The notes beneath the pieces were generated by a model. The model ran no database searches. It was not told where the DNA came from and saw nothing but the letters and a program-made list of their open reading frames with translations. A DNA stretch of 64,000 nucleotides from NCBI GenBank assembly GCA_040758275.1, contig JBFLVV010000011.1:6648-70647 (forward strand), given 5' to 3'. The DNA is from Pseudomonadota bacterium. GTDB taxonomy: Bacteria > Pseudomonadota > Gammaproteobacteria > Burkholderiales > Burkholderiaceae_D. A program made the translations under genes and the position numbers. Of the stretch, positions 1 through 8,707 are shown piece by piece (within the stretch, counting starts at the first letter, position 1; the number at the start of each line of letters is the position of its first letter).

Positions 1-2400
1 GAGAACGACCGCGTGGCACTGCGCGGCACCCCGTCCTCGCTGACGCTCACCACCCTGAACGGCCACTCGGTCTCGAGCGGCGACTGGTTCTCGGACAACA
101 TCATCGCCGGCGGCCGCAGCGTCAGCTTCACCCTGTTCCCCTCCGAGCTGATCGGCCGCGTGACGGTCTATAAGGGTTCGCAGGCCAGCCTGATCGACGG
201 CGGCGCCATGGGCCTGATCGACATCGAAACCCGCAAGCCGCTGGACCTGCTGCGCAAGCAGACCATCACCGCCCAGGCCAGCGTCGGCGCCATGCATTCC
301 GAGTACGCCAAGAAGACCGACCCGCAGCTGAGCGGCATGGTCGCCTGGCGCAACGATGCGGCCACCGTCGGCGTGCTGTTCCAGGCCTTCCACCAGAAGC
401 GCCACCTGAGCCGCGTGGCCCAGGAAAACTCGATCTGGTGGGACAAGGTCGAAGCCGGCTCGCCGATCGCGAACGCGATCCCCGGCTCGGTCGGCGCGAT
501 CGTCAACTACCTGGGCGGCACCGCCTGGTTCGAGCAGGAGCGCACCCGTACCGGCGGCCTGGTCGACCTGCAGATCCGTCCGAACAAGGACCTGAACCTC
601 GACCTGACGGTGTTCCATTCGAAGATGGACGCGCCGAACGTCAACCACAACTTCATGCAGACCATGGGCCGCTTCCTGGGCAATGCCTGGGCCGCGCCGT
701 CCTTCCCCGCATCGAACATCACGGGCACCGTCAGCAATGGCGTGATCACTTCGGTGTCGGCCACCGTCCCGGCCAACTGCACCGTGTGCGCCGACATGTC
801 GGGTTCGATCCAGGAGATCTTCGCGCGTCCGGTCGCGGAGAGCCAGTCGCAGTTCGTCAACCTCGACGGCAAGTACCGCATCAACGAGCTGTGGACCGTG
901 AGCGGCAAGGTCGGCACCACCAAGGGCAAGGGCAATACCGAGAGCGGGGCGCTGAGCAATCCGATTCCCTTCGGCGCCATCAGCTATAACCTGAACGGCA
1001 CGGACAAGGCGATCAGCTATGTGACCGCAGGCAGTGCCCAGCATGCCATCGGCGGCGGCTACGGCGGCGTGCCGGGCACCTTCGGTTCCCACGTCACCTC
1101 GAAGGACGAGGAGACCTATGCCCAGCTCGACCTCGAGCGCAGCCTGGACCATTCCTTCTTCCGCACCATCAAGTTCGGCGTGCGCGGCGCCAAGCATGAA
1201 CGCAGCCTGTCGGTGATCGACAATGGCCCGCTGGCGGGACTGACCGATCCGAAGAACCTGCCCCTGTACGGCCTGACCACCTTCCCGGAACACCTCAAGG
1301 ACGTTGCCGGGGTCGGCTCGAACTACTGGACCTTCAGCCAGGCGAGCGTGAACGACTGGGTGCGCAAGTACACCGGCTTCCTGGTGCGCCGCCGCCAGGC
1401 CGAATTCGACATCAAGGAACCGACCGCCTCGGCCTATGTGCAGGCCGACTTCGGCAACGACGCCGGCCTGTCCGGCAACTTCGGCGTGCGTTACGCCCGC
1501 ACCAAGGAGGACGTGCTCAAGTACGAGATGGGTCCTTCGGGCAGCTTCGAGCCGCGCAAGTACGAGAACAGCTACAAGGACGTGCTGCCCAGCCTGAACA
1601 TCCGCTACGAGATCTCGCGCGACATGGTCCTGCGTTCGGGCCTCTCGCGCACCCTGGCGCGTCCGGAACTGGGCGCCATGGCCGGCATCGACCTGCGCGA
1701 CCAGCAGCGCACCGGCACCACCGGCAACCCGAACCTGGCGCCGATCACCTCGGACAACTTCGACGTCGGCGTCGACTGGTACTTCGCACCGCGCTCGCTG
1801 CTGGCAGCGAACGTCTTCTATGCCGATATCGACGGCTACGTGTCCTACGGCGCCAGCTCGGGCATCTACTACAACCAGCAGGCCCAGGCCAATACCGAGT
1901 ACCAGACCAGTTCACCGATCAACTCGACGGCCAAGGTCAAGGGCGTGGAGCTGAACTATATCCAGACCCTGCCGCTCGGCTTCGGCTACAACGTGAACTA
2001 CACCTACACCGATGCCGAAGAGACCGGACGCAAGCCCGGTTCGGCCTGCGGCGCCGTGCAGTACGCGGACTGCACGATGATCGGCGCCTCGAAGAATGCG
2101 GCCAACGTCGGCGCCTACTTCGAGAACGACCAGTTCAGCGCGCGGGTGAACTACAGCTGGCGCTCGGGCTTCCTGAACGGCTTCAGCCGCAACACGGCCC
2201 AGTTCCAGGATTCCGTGGGCACGCTGTCGGCGACCTTCTCCTACCGCATCAGCGAGAACCTCAGCCTGTCCCTGGACGGCAAGGACCTGAACAACCCGAC
2301 GCACCGTTCGATCGTCAAGAACCCGGGCGCGCAGGACCTGCCGGGATCGATCTACCGTAACGGCCGCCAGTGGTTCCTGACCCTGAACGGCAAGCTCTGA
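1..2400 (+). CDS. TonB-dependent receptor, 5'-truncated (reading frame is open from position 1)
   Basis: Plug-domain motif ELIGRVTVYKG...GAMGLIDIETRKP, NPNLAP motif in the C-terminal barrel, and a C-terminal strand GRQWFLTLNGKL. Adjacent to GlcNAc/chitin genes. Confidence 0.93.
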   Translation, partial: ENDRVALRGTPSSLTLTTLNGHSVSSGDWFSDNIIAGGRSVSFTLFPSELIGRVTVYKGSQASLIDGGAMGLIDIETRKPLDLLRKQTITAQASVGAMHSEYAKKTDPQLSGMVAWRNDAATVGVLFQAFHQKRHLSRVAQENSIWWDKVEAGSPIANAIPGSVGAIVNYLGGTAWFEQERTRTGGLVDLQIRPNKDLNLDLTVFHSKMDAPNVNHNFMQTMGRFLGNAWAAPSFPASNITGTVSNGVITSVSATVPANCTVCADMSGSIQEIFARPVAESQSQFVNLDGKYRINELWTVSGKVGTTKGKGNTESGALSNPIPFGAISYNLNGTDKAISYVTAGSAQHAIGGGYGGVPGTFGSHVTSKDEETYAQLDLERSLDHSFFRTIKFGVRGAKHERSLSVIDNGPLAGLTDPKNLPLYGLTTFPEHLKDVAGVGSNYWTFSQASVNDWVRKYTGFLVRRRQAEFDIKEPTASAYVQADFGNDAGLSGNFGVRYARTKEDVLKYEMGPSGSFEPRKYENSYKDVLPSLNIRYEISRDMVLRSGLSRTLARPELGAMAGIDLRDQQRTGTTGNPNLAPITSDNFDVGVDWYFAPRSLLAANVFYADIDGYVSYGASSGIYYNQQAQANTEYQTSSPINSTAKVKGVELNYIQTLPLGFGYNVNYTYTDAEETGRKPGSACGAVQYADCTMIGASKNAANVGAYFENDQFSARVNYSWRSGFLNGFSRNTAQFQDSVGTLSATFSYRISENLSLSLDGKDLNNPTHRSIVKNPGAQDLPGSIYRNGRQWFLTLNGKL

Positions 2401-2411
2401 GTCCTAAGACT

Positions 2412-2513
2412 CCGTAGGGTGGGCAATCCTTTGCCCACGCGTTCAACTATCAAGGGCGTCGTCACAGCGCGTCCGGAGTTGAACGCGTGGGCGGAGGACC
2501 GCCCACCCTACGG
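2412..2513. repeat. REP doublet (REPIN-like, GTAG family), copy 1
   Basis: CGTAGGGTGGGCAATCCTTTGCCCACGCGTTCAACT (2413-2448) faces an inverted copy AGTTGAACGCGTGGGCGGAGGACCGCCCACCCTACG (2477-2512). A related doublet lies at 26481-26588. Confidence 0.85.
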
Positions 2514-2544
2514 TGCATGGCTAAAACCTTGGGAGTGCCCCACC

Positions 2545-4095
2545 ATGAAAAACGCCTCGAACATCAAGCAGATCGTGATCGTCGGCGGAGGAACGGCGGG
2601 CTGGATGAGCGCCCTGATCTTGGCCGATACGCTGGCACAGTCGACCACCATGCAAGGCGCCAGCATCACCCTGCTGGAGTCGCCCGTCGTCGGAACCATC
2701 GGCGTCGGCGAAGGCTCGACCCACGCCCTCAAGCGCTTCTTCGACACGCTGCGCATCGCCGAATCCGAGTGGATGCCGGCCTGCCACGCGACCTATAAAT
2801 GCGGCATCACGTTTGACGGCTGGTCGACGCGGCCCGGCTTCACCAGCTACTTCCACCAGTTCTCGACCATGGTGGACAACCTCACCCAGCCTTTCTTCAT
2901 GGCCAATGTGCAGGCGCGCCTGCGCGGCGTGGATGCACCTGGCTGGCCGAACGACTACTTCCTGTCGGCGCACCTCGTCAGGAACAAGCTGGCCCCGGTC
3001 ACCCCGGAACACTTCCCTTTCACGGCGAACTACGGTTTCCATTTCGACGCCACCCTGCTGGCGCGCTTCCTGCGCAAGAAGGCGCTGGAGCGGGGCGTGC
3101 GCCACCGCCAGTGCCACATCGTCGCGTCGAACCTCGATGCGGCCGGGGATATCGCCAGCGTCCGTTGCTCGGCGGGGGAGGAGTTCGCGGCCGACCTGTT
3201 CATCGACTGCTCGGGCTTTACCGGCCTGCTCATCGACAAGGCACTGAAAACACCCTTCCACAGCTATGCCAATGACCTGGCCAACGACGCTGCCGTGGCG
3301 ATGCCGACCCCGCACGACGGCGACATCGCGCCGCACACGGTGTCCACGGCCTTGAAGCACGGCTGGGCGTGGCAGATTCCGCTGACCACCCGCTATGGCA
3401 ACGGCTACGTCTACAGCAAGGCCTATTGCAGCGCCGACCAGGCGGAATACGAGCTGCGCGAACGACTCGGCCTGCTGGACTCAAGCGTGACGGCGCGCCA
3501 CCTGGCGATGAAGGTCGGGCGGGTGGAGCAGCATTGGAACCGCAACTGCGTGGCGATCGGCCTGTCGCAGGGATTCCTCGAGCCGCTGGAGGCGACGGCG
3601 CTGTTCCTGACCCAGACGGCGGCGGCGATCTTCGCGGCTTACCTGGAAGCGGGCGACTACGGCGAACGCGCGCGCCAGGCCTATAACCGCGAGGTGAATG
3701 GCTATTTCGACGGCCACCGCGACTACATCGTCGCCCACTACAAGACCAACAGCCGCCCCGATACCGCCTACTGGCGCGACCGCGCCAGGGACCCCGGCGC
3801 GGTCTCGGATTCGCTGCGCCAGGTCTTCGACACCTGGCTCGGGGGCAGGGACCTGGCCGCGGAGATCACGCGCCAGGGCCTCGACAAGTACTACCCGATC
3901 GGCTCATGGTATGCGCTGCTGGCCGGCATGGGCGTGTTCCCGCCGCCGACGCCGGCGCAGGCCAATCCGGCCTACGGGCAGCAGGCGCGCGAGATGCAGG
4001 AGTTCCTGCGCCGCTGCACGCTGAACTTCCGTAATCACATGGAGGTCTTGCGCGAGTACGAGAGCGCGGCCGGCGAGCAGGCAAGGGCCGCGTGA
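2545..4095 (+). CDS. Tryptophan-halogenase-family flavin-dependent enzyme
   Basis: GGGTAG FAD motif, GVGEGS, ATYKCGITFDGW (catalytic Lys position), GWAWQIP and GFLEPLEAT. ATG 2545 chosen because GGGAG lies upstream; the ORF-track start at 2419 falls inside the REP. Confidence 0.9.
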   Translation: MKNASNIKQIVIVGGGTAGWMSALILADTLAQSTTMQGASITLLESPVVGTIGVGEGSTHALKRFFDTLRIAESEWMPACHATYKCGITFDGWSTRPGFTSYFHQFSTMVDNLTQPFFMANVQARLRGVDAPGWPNDYFLSAHLVRNKLAPVTPEHFPFTANYGFHFDATLLARFLRKKALERGVRHRQCHIVASNLDAAGDIASVRCSAGEEFAADLFIDCSGFTGLLIDKALKTPFHSYANDLANDAAVAMPTPHDGDIAPHTVSTALKHGWAWQIPLTTRYGNGYVYSKAYCSADQAEYELRERLGLLDSSVTARHLAMKVGRVEQHWNRNCVAIGLSQGFLEPLEATALFLTQTAAAIFAAYLEAGDYGERARQAYNREVNGYFDGHRDYIVAHYKTNSRPDTAYWRDRARDPGAVSDSLRQVFDTWLGGRDLAAEITRQGLDKYYPIGSWYALLAGMGVFPPPTPAQANPAYGQQAREMQEFLRRCTLNFRNHMEVLREYESAAGEQARAA

Positions 4096-4109
4096 AGCCG
4101 CGCCGCGAC

Positions 4110-4856
4110 TTACAGCGCGTTCAGTTCGGCGACGAAGTCGTACATGTCGCCGCGGAAGAAGGAGCGGCAGAACTCGACGGCGCGCCCGTCCGCAAGAAAG
4201 CCGAGCCGCTCCACGCACAGGCCCGCCGCGCCGGGCCTGGATTCCAGCAGCTCGGCCTGTTCCTGGTTCAGGACGATCGCGGACAGGCGCTGCAGGGCGC
4301 GCACCGGGCGGTGGCCGGTCTTGCCGAGCGCCTCGTACATCGAGGCGTCGACGTCGTCGATGCTGCCCAGGGCGCTCTTGACCAGGGTCGCGTATTCGAT
4401 GCACATCGGGATGCCGTCGGCGCAGCGGATGCGGTTGAAGCGGTAGACCGGCGCGCCGGGCGAAAGGCGGAAGCGCAGCGCTTCTTCCGGCGTGACCGAG
4501 CCTTCCTGGCGCTTGAGCCAGCGGCTGCTCGGGACCTGCCCGCGCGCGCGGATGTCTTCCGAGAAGGAGGTCAGCTTGGCGAAGTTCTTTTCGACCCGCG
4601 GATGCACATTGATGTAGGTGCCGGAGCCCGGCGTGCGCGCCAGGATGCCGTCCGCCACCAGGCCGTCGATGGCCTTGCGCACGGTAATGCGCGAGATGCC
4701 CAGCTCGGTGGCCAGCTGCCGCTCGGCCGGCAAGGCCCGGTTGGGGCCGAAGAGGTGCTGCTCGATCGCCTGCCGCAGCGCGATTTCGAGCTGCTGGTAG
4801 AGGGGCAGGTTTCCGCCGGCGGCGACGGTTTGCATGATCCCCAGGAGCGGACTCAT
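4110..4856 (-). CDS. GntR family regulator with UTRA domain (HutC/NagQ-like), paralog 1
   Basis: PLYQQL...LPAERQLATELGISRITVRKAI wHTH, followed by LTSFSEDI and a UTRA-type C-terminus. Confidence 0.92.
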   Translation of the reverse strand: MSPLLGIMQTVAAGGNLPLYQQLEIALRQAIEQHLFGPNRALPAERQLATELGISRITVRKAIDGLVADGILARTPGSGTYINVHPRVEKNFAKLTSFSEDIRARGQVPSSRWLKRQEGSVTPEEALRFRLSPGAPVYRFNRIRCADGIPMCIEYATLVKSALGSIDDVDASMYEALGKTGHRPVRALQRLSAIVLNQEQAELLESRPGAAGLCVERLGFLADGRAVEFCRSFFRGDMYDFVAELNAL

Positions 4857-5019
4857 CAGATGTTTCCTTAGGTAAATTCTTGCTTGGGCAGCTGATGATC
4901 ATACCAAAAAACATGCACGCCGCATTGGCGGATTGCGGCCATTTTCTTATCTGACGCCCGCAGTGGCGCTAACCCGCCGGACCGCTCTGTGTGGCGCCGG
5001 CCTTGCACGAGGAATGACG

Positions 5020-6000
5020 ATGAAGCTGAAAGCTGTTTGCATCCTGCTGGCGCTTGCCACCAGCGCCCAGGCGGCGCCCCTGATGCGCGGGCCCTACAAG
5101 CACGTGCCCCAGCACCTGGGCGAGGACCTGGTGCTCGCGGCCGCGCCAGGCGGCGTACGCGCGCCCTACGTCGACGACGGCAAAGCGATGTACGGCAACG
5201 CGACCGTGTCGCTGGCCTTCGCGACCGGCGAATGCGGCAAGGAGACCTGGGGCGAGCCGGATGCGGACGCGCTCATGCGGGCCAACGTCCCGGCCTTCGT
5301 GAAGGCGGGCGTGCCCTATGTGATCTCGACCGGCGGCGCCGAAGGCATCTTCACGTGCACCACGCGCGCCGGCATGGACCGCTTCGTGGCGCGCTATATG
5401 TCGCCCATGCTGGCCGGCTTCGACTTCGACATCGAGACCGGGCAGACCGAGAAGCAGGTGGCGAGCCTGCTCAAACAGGTGCGCTACGCCCAGCAGAAGC
5501 ATCCGAAGCTGCGCTACAGCTTCACCATCGCCACCGTCGCCGCCTCGGACGGTAGCCGCCGCAGCCTCAACGAGACCGGGCAGATGGTGCTGCGCCAACT
5601 GCGCAAGAGCGGCATCAAGGACTACGTCATCAACCTGATGGTGATGAACCACGATACCGGCAAGCCTGCCAACTGCGTGGTGGGTGACAGCGGCAACTGC
5701 GACATGGGACGCTCCGCGATCCAGGCGGTGCGCAATGTGAACGAACGCTACAAGGTGCCGCTGTCGCAGCTCGCCATCACGGCCATGATCGGCGAGAACG
5801 ACAGGCCGAACAACCAGACCACGATCGAGGATGCGCGCGTGATGACGGAAGCGGCCGAGCGCATGGGACTGGCCGGCCTGCATTACTGGTCGCTCGACCG
5901 CGATACGCCCTGCACCGAAAAGGTGACGGCGGCCAGCCCGGTGTGCAGCGGACTTAACGTGGCGGCGGGCGAGTATGCCCGCGCCTTCGGTTTGAAATAA
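5020..6000 (+). CDS. Secreted GH18 chitinase-like glycoside hydrolase (short, catalytic domain only)
   Basis: Signal peptide MKLKAVCILLALATSAQA, ISTGG motif, GFDFDIE (DxDxE) and terminal HYWSLDRD. SD GAGGA at 5009-5013. Confidence 0.82.
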   Translation: MKLKAVCILLALATSAQAAPLMRGPYKHVPQHLGEDLVLAAAPGGVRAPYVDDGKAMYGNATVSLAFATGECGKETWGEPDADALMRANVPAFVKAGVPYVISTGGAEGIFTCTTRAGMDRFVARYMSPMLAGFDFDIETGQTEKQVASLLKQVRYAQQKHPKLRYSFTIATVAASDGSRRSLNETGQMVLRQLRKSGIKDYVINLMVMNHDTGKPANCVVGDSGNCDMGRSAIQAVRNVNERYKVPLSQLAITAMIGENDRPNNQTTIEDARVMTEAAERMGLAGLHYWSLDRDTPCTEKVTAASPVCSGLNVAAGEYARAFGLK

Positions 6001-6009
6001 GGGCGTCGT

Positions 6010-7512
6010 TCAGGGGGCGAATCCCGGTACGGGAATGATGCCCTCTGCCTCGAGGCGGCCGTCCAGCCAGTCCCGGACCGCCTCGAGGGCCGGCATCGCG
6101 AAACCGTAGGTGATCAGGGCCGGCGCCTCGATGTCCAGCGCGTGATAGGGGTTCCACAGCGCCAGGTGCAGGTCCGGCCGCCAGCTGCGGCGCGCATGCT
6201 CGCCATAGCGCAGGCGCGAGGTGGAGGCGAGGATGGTGTAGCTGCCGTCGTCCGGCAGCGCGTCCCAGTCGAAGCCGTCCTCGTCGACGAAGGTCACCAG
6301 CTCGAGCGCGCCCACTCCGCTCAGGCAGGCGGCGATCACGTCGGCCGGCACGCCCGCCTCCGACACGCCATCGCTGACCACGTCGCGGCGCGCGACCAGG
6401 CGCAGCCTGGCGCCCGGCGGCGGGCGGCGTGGTGCGCGATAGGCGGTGAGGCCGCGGCGCCAGCCCTCGACCATGCGCTGCCGGTCGGTGGCTTCCTCGT
6501 CGTAGGGCGCCTGGCCGCAGGGATAGCGCGCGGCCAGCGCGGTCAGCCTGGCGCGCCGCTGCGCCGCTTCCCTAGGCGGAACGGCGCCAGAAGCGAGGGC
6601 ATGCGCGATCGCGGCCAGCGTCTCTTCCTGGGTTTCACGGGTGCCGAGCGCCATCACCATGTCGGCGCCCGCCTGGAGCGCCTGCACCGCCGCCTGGCCG
6701 GCGCCGTAGCGTCCGGCGATGGCATGCATGTCCATGCCGTCGGTGATGATGACGCCGCGGTAGTCCCATGCTTCGCGCAGCAGGCCGCCCAGGATGGGAC
6801 GGGACATGGTGGCGGGATAATCGGGATCGAGGCTGGGGTAGACGATGTGGGCGCTCATGATGGCGGGAGCAATGGGCGCGGCCATGCGGAAGGGGAGGAA
6901 TTCGAAGCGTTCCAGTTCTGCCAACGGCTTGTTCACGACGGGCAGCTCGCGGTGCGAGTCGACGTGGGTATCGCCGTGGCCCGGGAAGTGTTTGACGCAG
7001 CAGGCCACGCCCTGCGCCTGGCTGCCTTCCATCCAGGCCAGGGCCAGTTCGGTCGCGCGTACGGGTTCGGCGCCGAAGGAGCGTTCGGCGATCACGGGAT
7101 TGTCGGGGTTGTTGTTCAGGTCGAGCACCGGTGCGAAGTTCCAGTTGAAGCCGAGCGACCTGACCGCGCGCGCGACGGCCGCGCCGGTCTGGCGCGCGAG
7201 CTCCAGGTCGTCGGCCGCACCCAGGCCCATCGCCGCGGGCGGCGGCGGCAGCCAGGTCGAGCGCACCACGGCGCCGCCTTCCTGGTCGATGGCGATCAGG
7301 GCCTCCGGTCCCATCGCGTCGCGCAGGGCCGCCGTGAGCGTGCGTACCTGTTCGGCGTCGCGCATATTGCCTCTGAAGAGGCAGACGCCGCCGATACTGT
7401 TCTCGCGCAGGAATGCGCCCGTTGCGGCATCGAGTTCGGTGCCGGGGAAGCGGATCATCATCAGCTGTCCGGCGATTTTCCTGTACTGCGGGTCCAGGCT
7501 TGTCTGGCTCAT
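6010..7512 (-). CDS. nagZ: GH3 beta-N-acetylhexosaminidase
   Basis: IDQEGGAV, KHFPGHGDTHVDSH (NagZ-type Asp-His dyad) and IITDGMDM nucleophile. No signal peptide. Confidence 0.88.
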   Translation of the reverse strand: MSQTSLDPQYRKIAGQLMMIRFPGTELDAATGAFLRENSIGGVCLFRGNMRDAEQVRTLTAALRDAMGPEALIAIDQEGGAVVRSTWLPPPPAAMGLGAADDLELARQTGAAVARAVRSLGFNWNFAPVLDLNNNPDNPVIAERSFGAEPVRATELALAWMEGSQAQGVACCVKHFPGHGDTHVDSHRELPVVNKPLAELERFEFLPFRMAAPIAPAIMSAHIVYPSLDPDYPATMSRPILGGLLREAWDYRGVIITDGMDMHAIAGRYGAGQAAVQALQAGADMVMALGTRETQEETLAAIAHALASGAVPPREAAQRRARLTALAARYPCGQAPYDEEATDRQRMVEGWRRGLTAYRAPRRPPPGARLRLVARRDVVSDGVSEAGVPADVIAACLSGVGALELVTFVDEDGFDWDALPDDGSYTILASTSRLRYGEHARRSWRPDLHLALWNPYHALDIEAPALITYGFAMPALEAVRDWLDGRLEAEGIIPVPGFAP

Positions 7513-7548
7513 TGGTGCTCCGTGCTTGAAGGGTGCTTGTTCAGAGGG

Positions 7549-8283
7549 TTAGCGCTGCGACTCGGTGACGTAGCCGTAGTAGTCGCTGCGGAACCAGGAA
7601 TGGGTCAGTTCGACGGCGGCGCCGGAGCCGAGATAGCTCACCCGCGTGATGTGCAGCATGGCGGTGTTCGGCGCCAAATCGGTCAGGCGCGCCTGCGCGG
7701 CGCTGGCGTTGACCGCGCGGATGTGCTGCAGGGCGCGCACCGGGTGGATGCCGCGCTCTTCCAGGTAGTCGTAGAGCGAATCGCCGACTGCCTGCGGATC
7801 GGGCATGTAGACGGCCGGGATGGTGGAGGTCTCGATCGCCATCACGATCTCGTCGGCGGTGCGCAGGCGCTTGAGCCGGACCACCGGCATGTTCGGCGAC
7901 AGGCCCAGCGACAGCATCTCGAGCGGCGTGGCGGCGCCAAGCTCGCGCGACAGCCAGATGGAGCCGGCCTTCGCGCCGCGCTGGCTGAGCTCCTCGGAAA
8001 AGCTGGACAGCCGCGACAGGGGTTGCTCGAGCTTGGGTGTGATATAGGTGCCTGAGCCACGGACCCGGGTCAGGACGCCGCGCTCGCACAGGAGGTCGAT
8101 CGCCTTGCGTGCGGTGACGCGCGAGATGCTCAGCATGCCGGACAGCGTGCGCTCGGAGGGCAGGGCCTCATTGGCGCGCCAGCGGCCCTTGCCGATCGCG
8201 TTCGACAGCTTGTTCGCCAGCTGGATGTACAGGGGCGTCACGTCCGCGGGATCAGGCCGGAAGGCCTGCAGTTCTTCGTCCAT
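7549..8283 (-). CDS. GntR family regulator with UTRA domain (HutC/NagQ-like), paralog 2
   Basis: PLYIQL...LPSERTLSGMLSISRVTARKAI and LSSFSEEL. Start set at ATG 8283 (MDEELQ). Confidence 0.9.
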   Translation of the reverse strand: MDEELQAFRPDPADVTPLYIQLANKLSNAIGKGRWRANEALPSERTLSGMLSISRVTARKAIDLLCERGVLTRVRGSGTYITPKLEQPLSRLSSFSEELSQRGAKAGSIWLSRELGAATPLEMLSLGLSPNMPVVRLKRLRTADEIVMAIETSTIPAVYMPDPQAVGDSLYDYLEERGIHPVRALQHIRAVNASAAQARLTDLAPNTAMLHITRVSYLGSGAAVELTHSWFRSDYYGYVTESQR

Positions 8284-8399
8284 TGCGGTCAAGAGGCGAG
8301 GGCGCCGCAAGCGTCTGCGCTGAGAAGATGCTGGGTCATCGTGGCCTTTCTTGCAATAAAGTCCGGTAAATATAGGTCGGACCGTACCACTAAGTCAAT

Positions 8400-8565
8400 C
8401 GGTATTTGATTGGTATTGAGTCTGCTCCGGCGTGCACACACTGCGGTACAGAGCAGGCGTATGCGCGTTGAATGCGGATGGAATGGTGCGGGAGGAGGCG
8501 TGCACAGAGCACTGATGAGTAAATTGGTAATTACCAGTGGTTTATAACTTTTTGTTCTGGTACCA
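8400..8565. promoter_or_regulatory. Cluster of TGGTA(T) boxes, candidate GntR (NagQ-like) operators
   Basis: CGGTATT (8400) and TGGTATT (8411) as direct repeats 11 bp apart; perfect palindrome TGGTAATTACCA (8525-8536); TGGTACCA (8558-8565). ATACCA (TGGTAT on minus) also occurs at 4901-4906 upstream of paralog 1. Confidence 0.5.
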
Positions 8566-8569
8566 TGAA

Positions 8570-8671
8570 TCGCCGGCTCCAGTCTGCCTGCCGGCGACGG
8601 CGGTTCGAACGCTCACAGTCTCTCCTCTGTGAGTTCCCCCGAGTCCCTTTACCGGGACCCGGGGGTTTTTT
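8570..8671 (+). ncRNA. Candidate sRNA or structured leader: three hairpins, an anti-SD-like loop and a terminator
   Basis: Stem TCGCCGGC/GCCGGCGA (8570-8597); stem CTCACAG/CTGTGAG with loop TCTCTCCT (8612-8633); GC-rich stem 8636-8665 followed by T6. Confidence 0.55.
8636..8671 (+). terminator. Rho-independent terminator upstream of the MFS gene
   Basis: CCCCCGAGTCCC-TTTACC-GGGACCCGGGGG (11 of 12 paired) followed by TTTTTT. Confidence 0.8.
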
Positions 8672-8707
8672 ACGTGTAGGTGCATTCAATTCATCTTTGG
8701 GGTGTCC

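Noticed and set aside
2419-2544. N-terminal extension of halogenase 1 (and 26519-26662 for the NCS1 permease)
   Set aside because: They run through REP elements; downstream starts have SD sequences.
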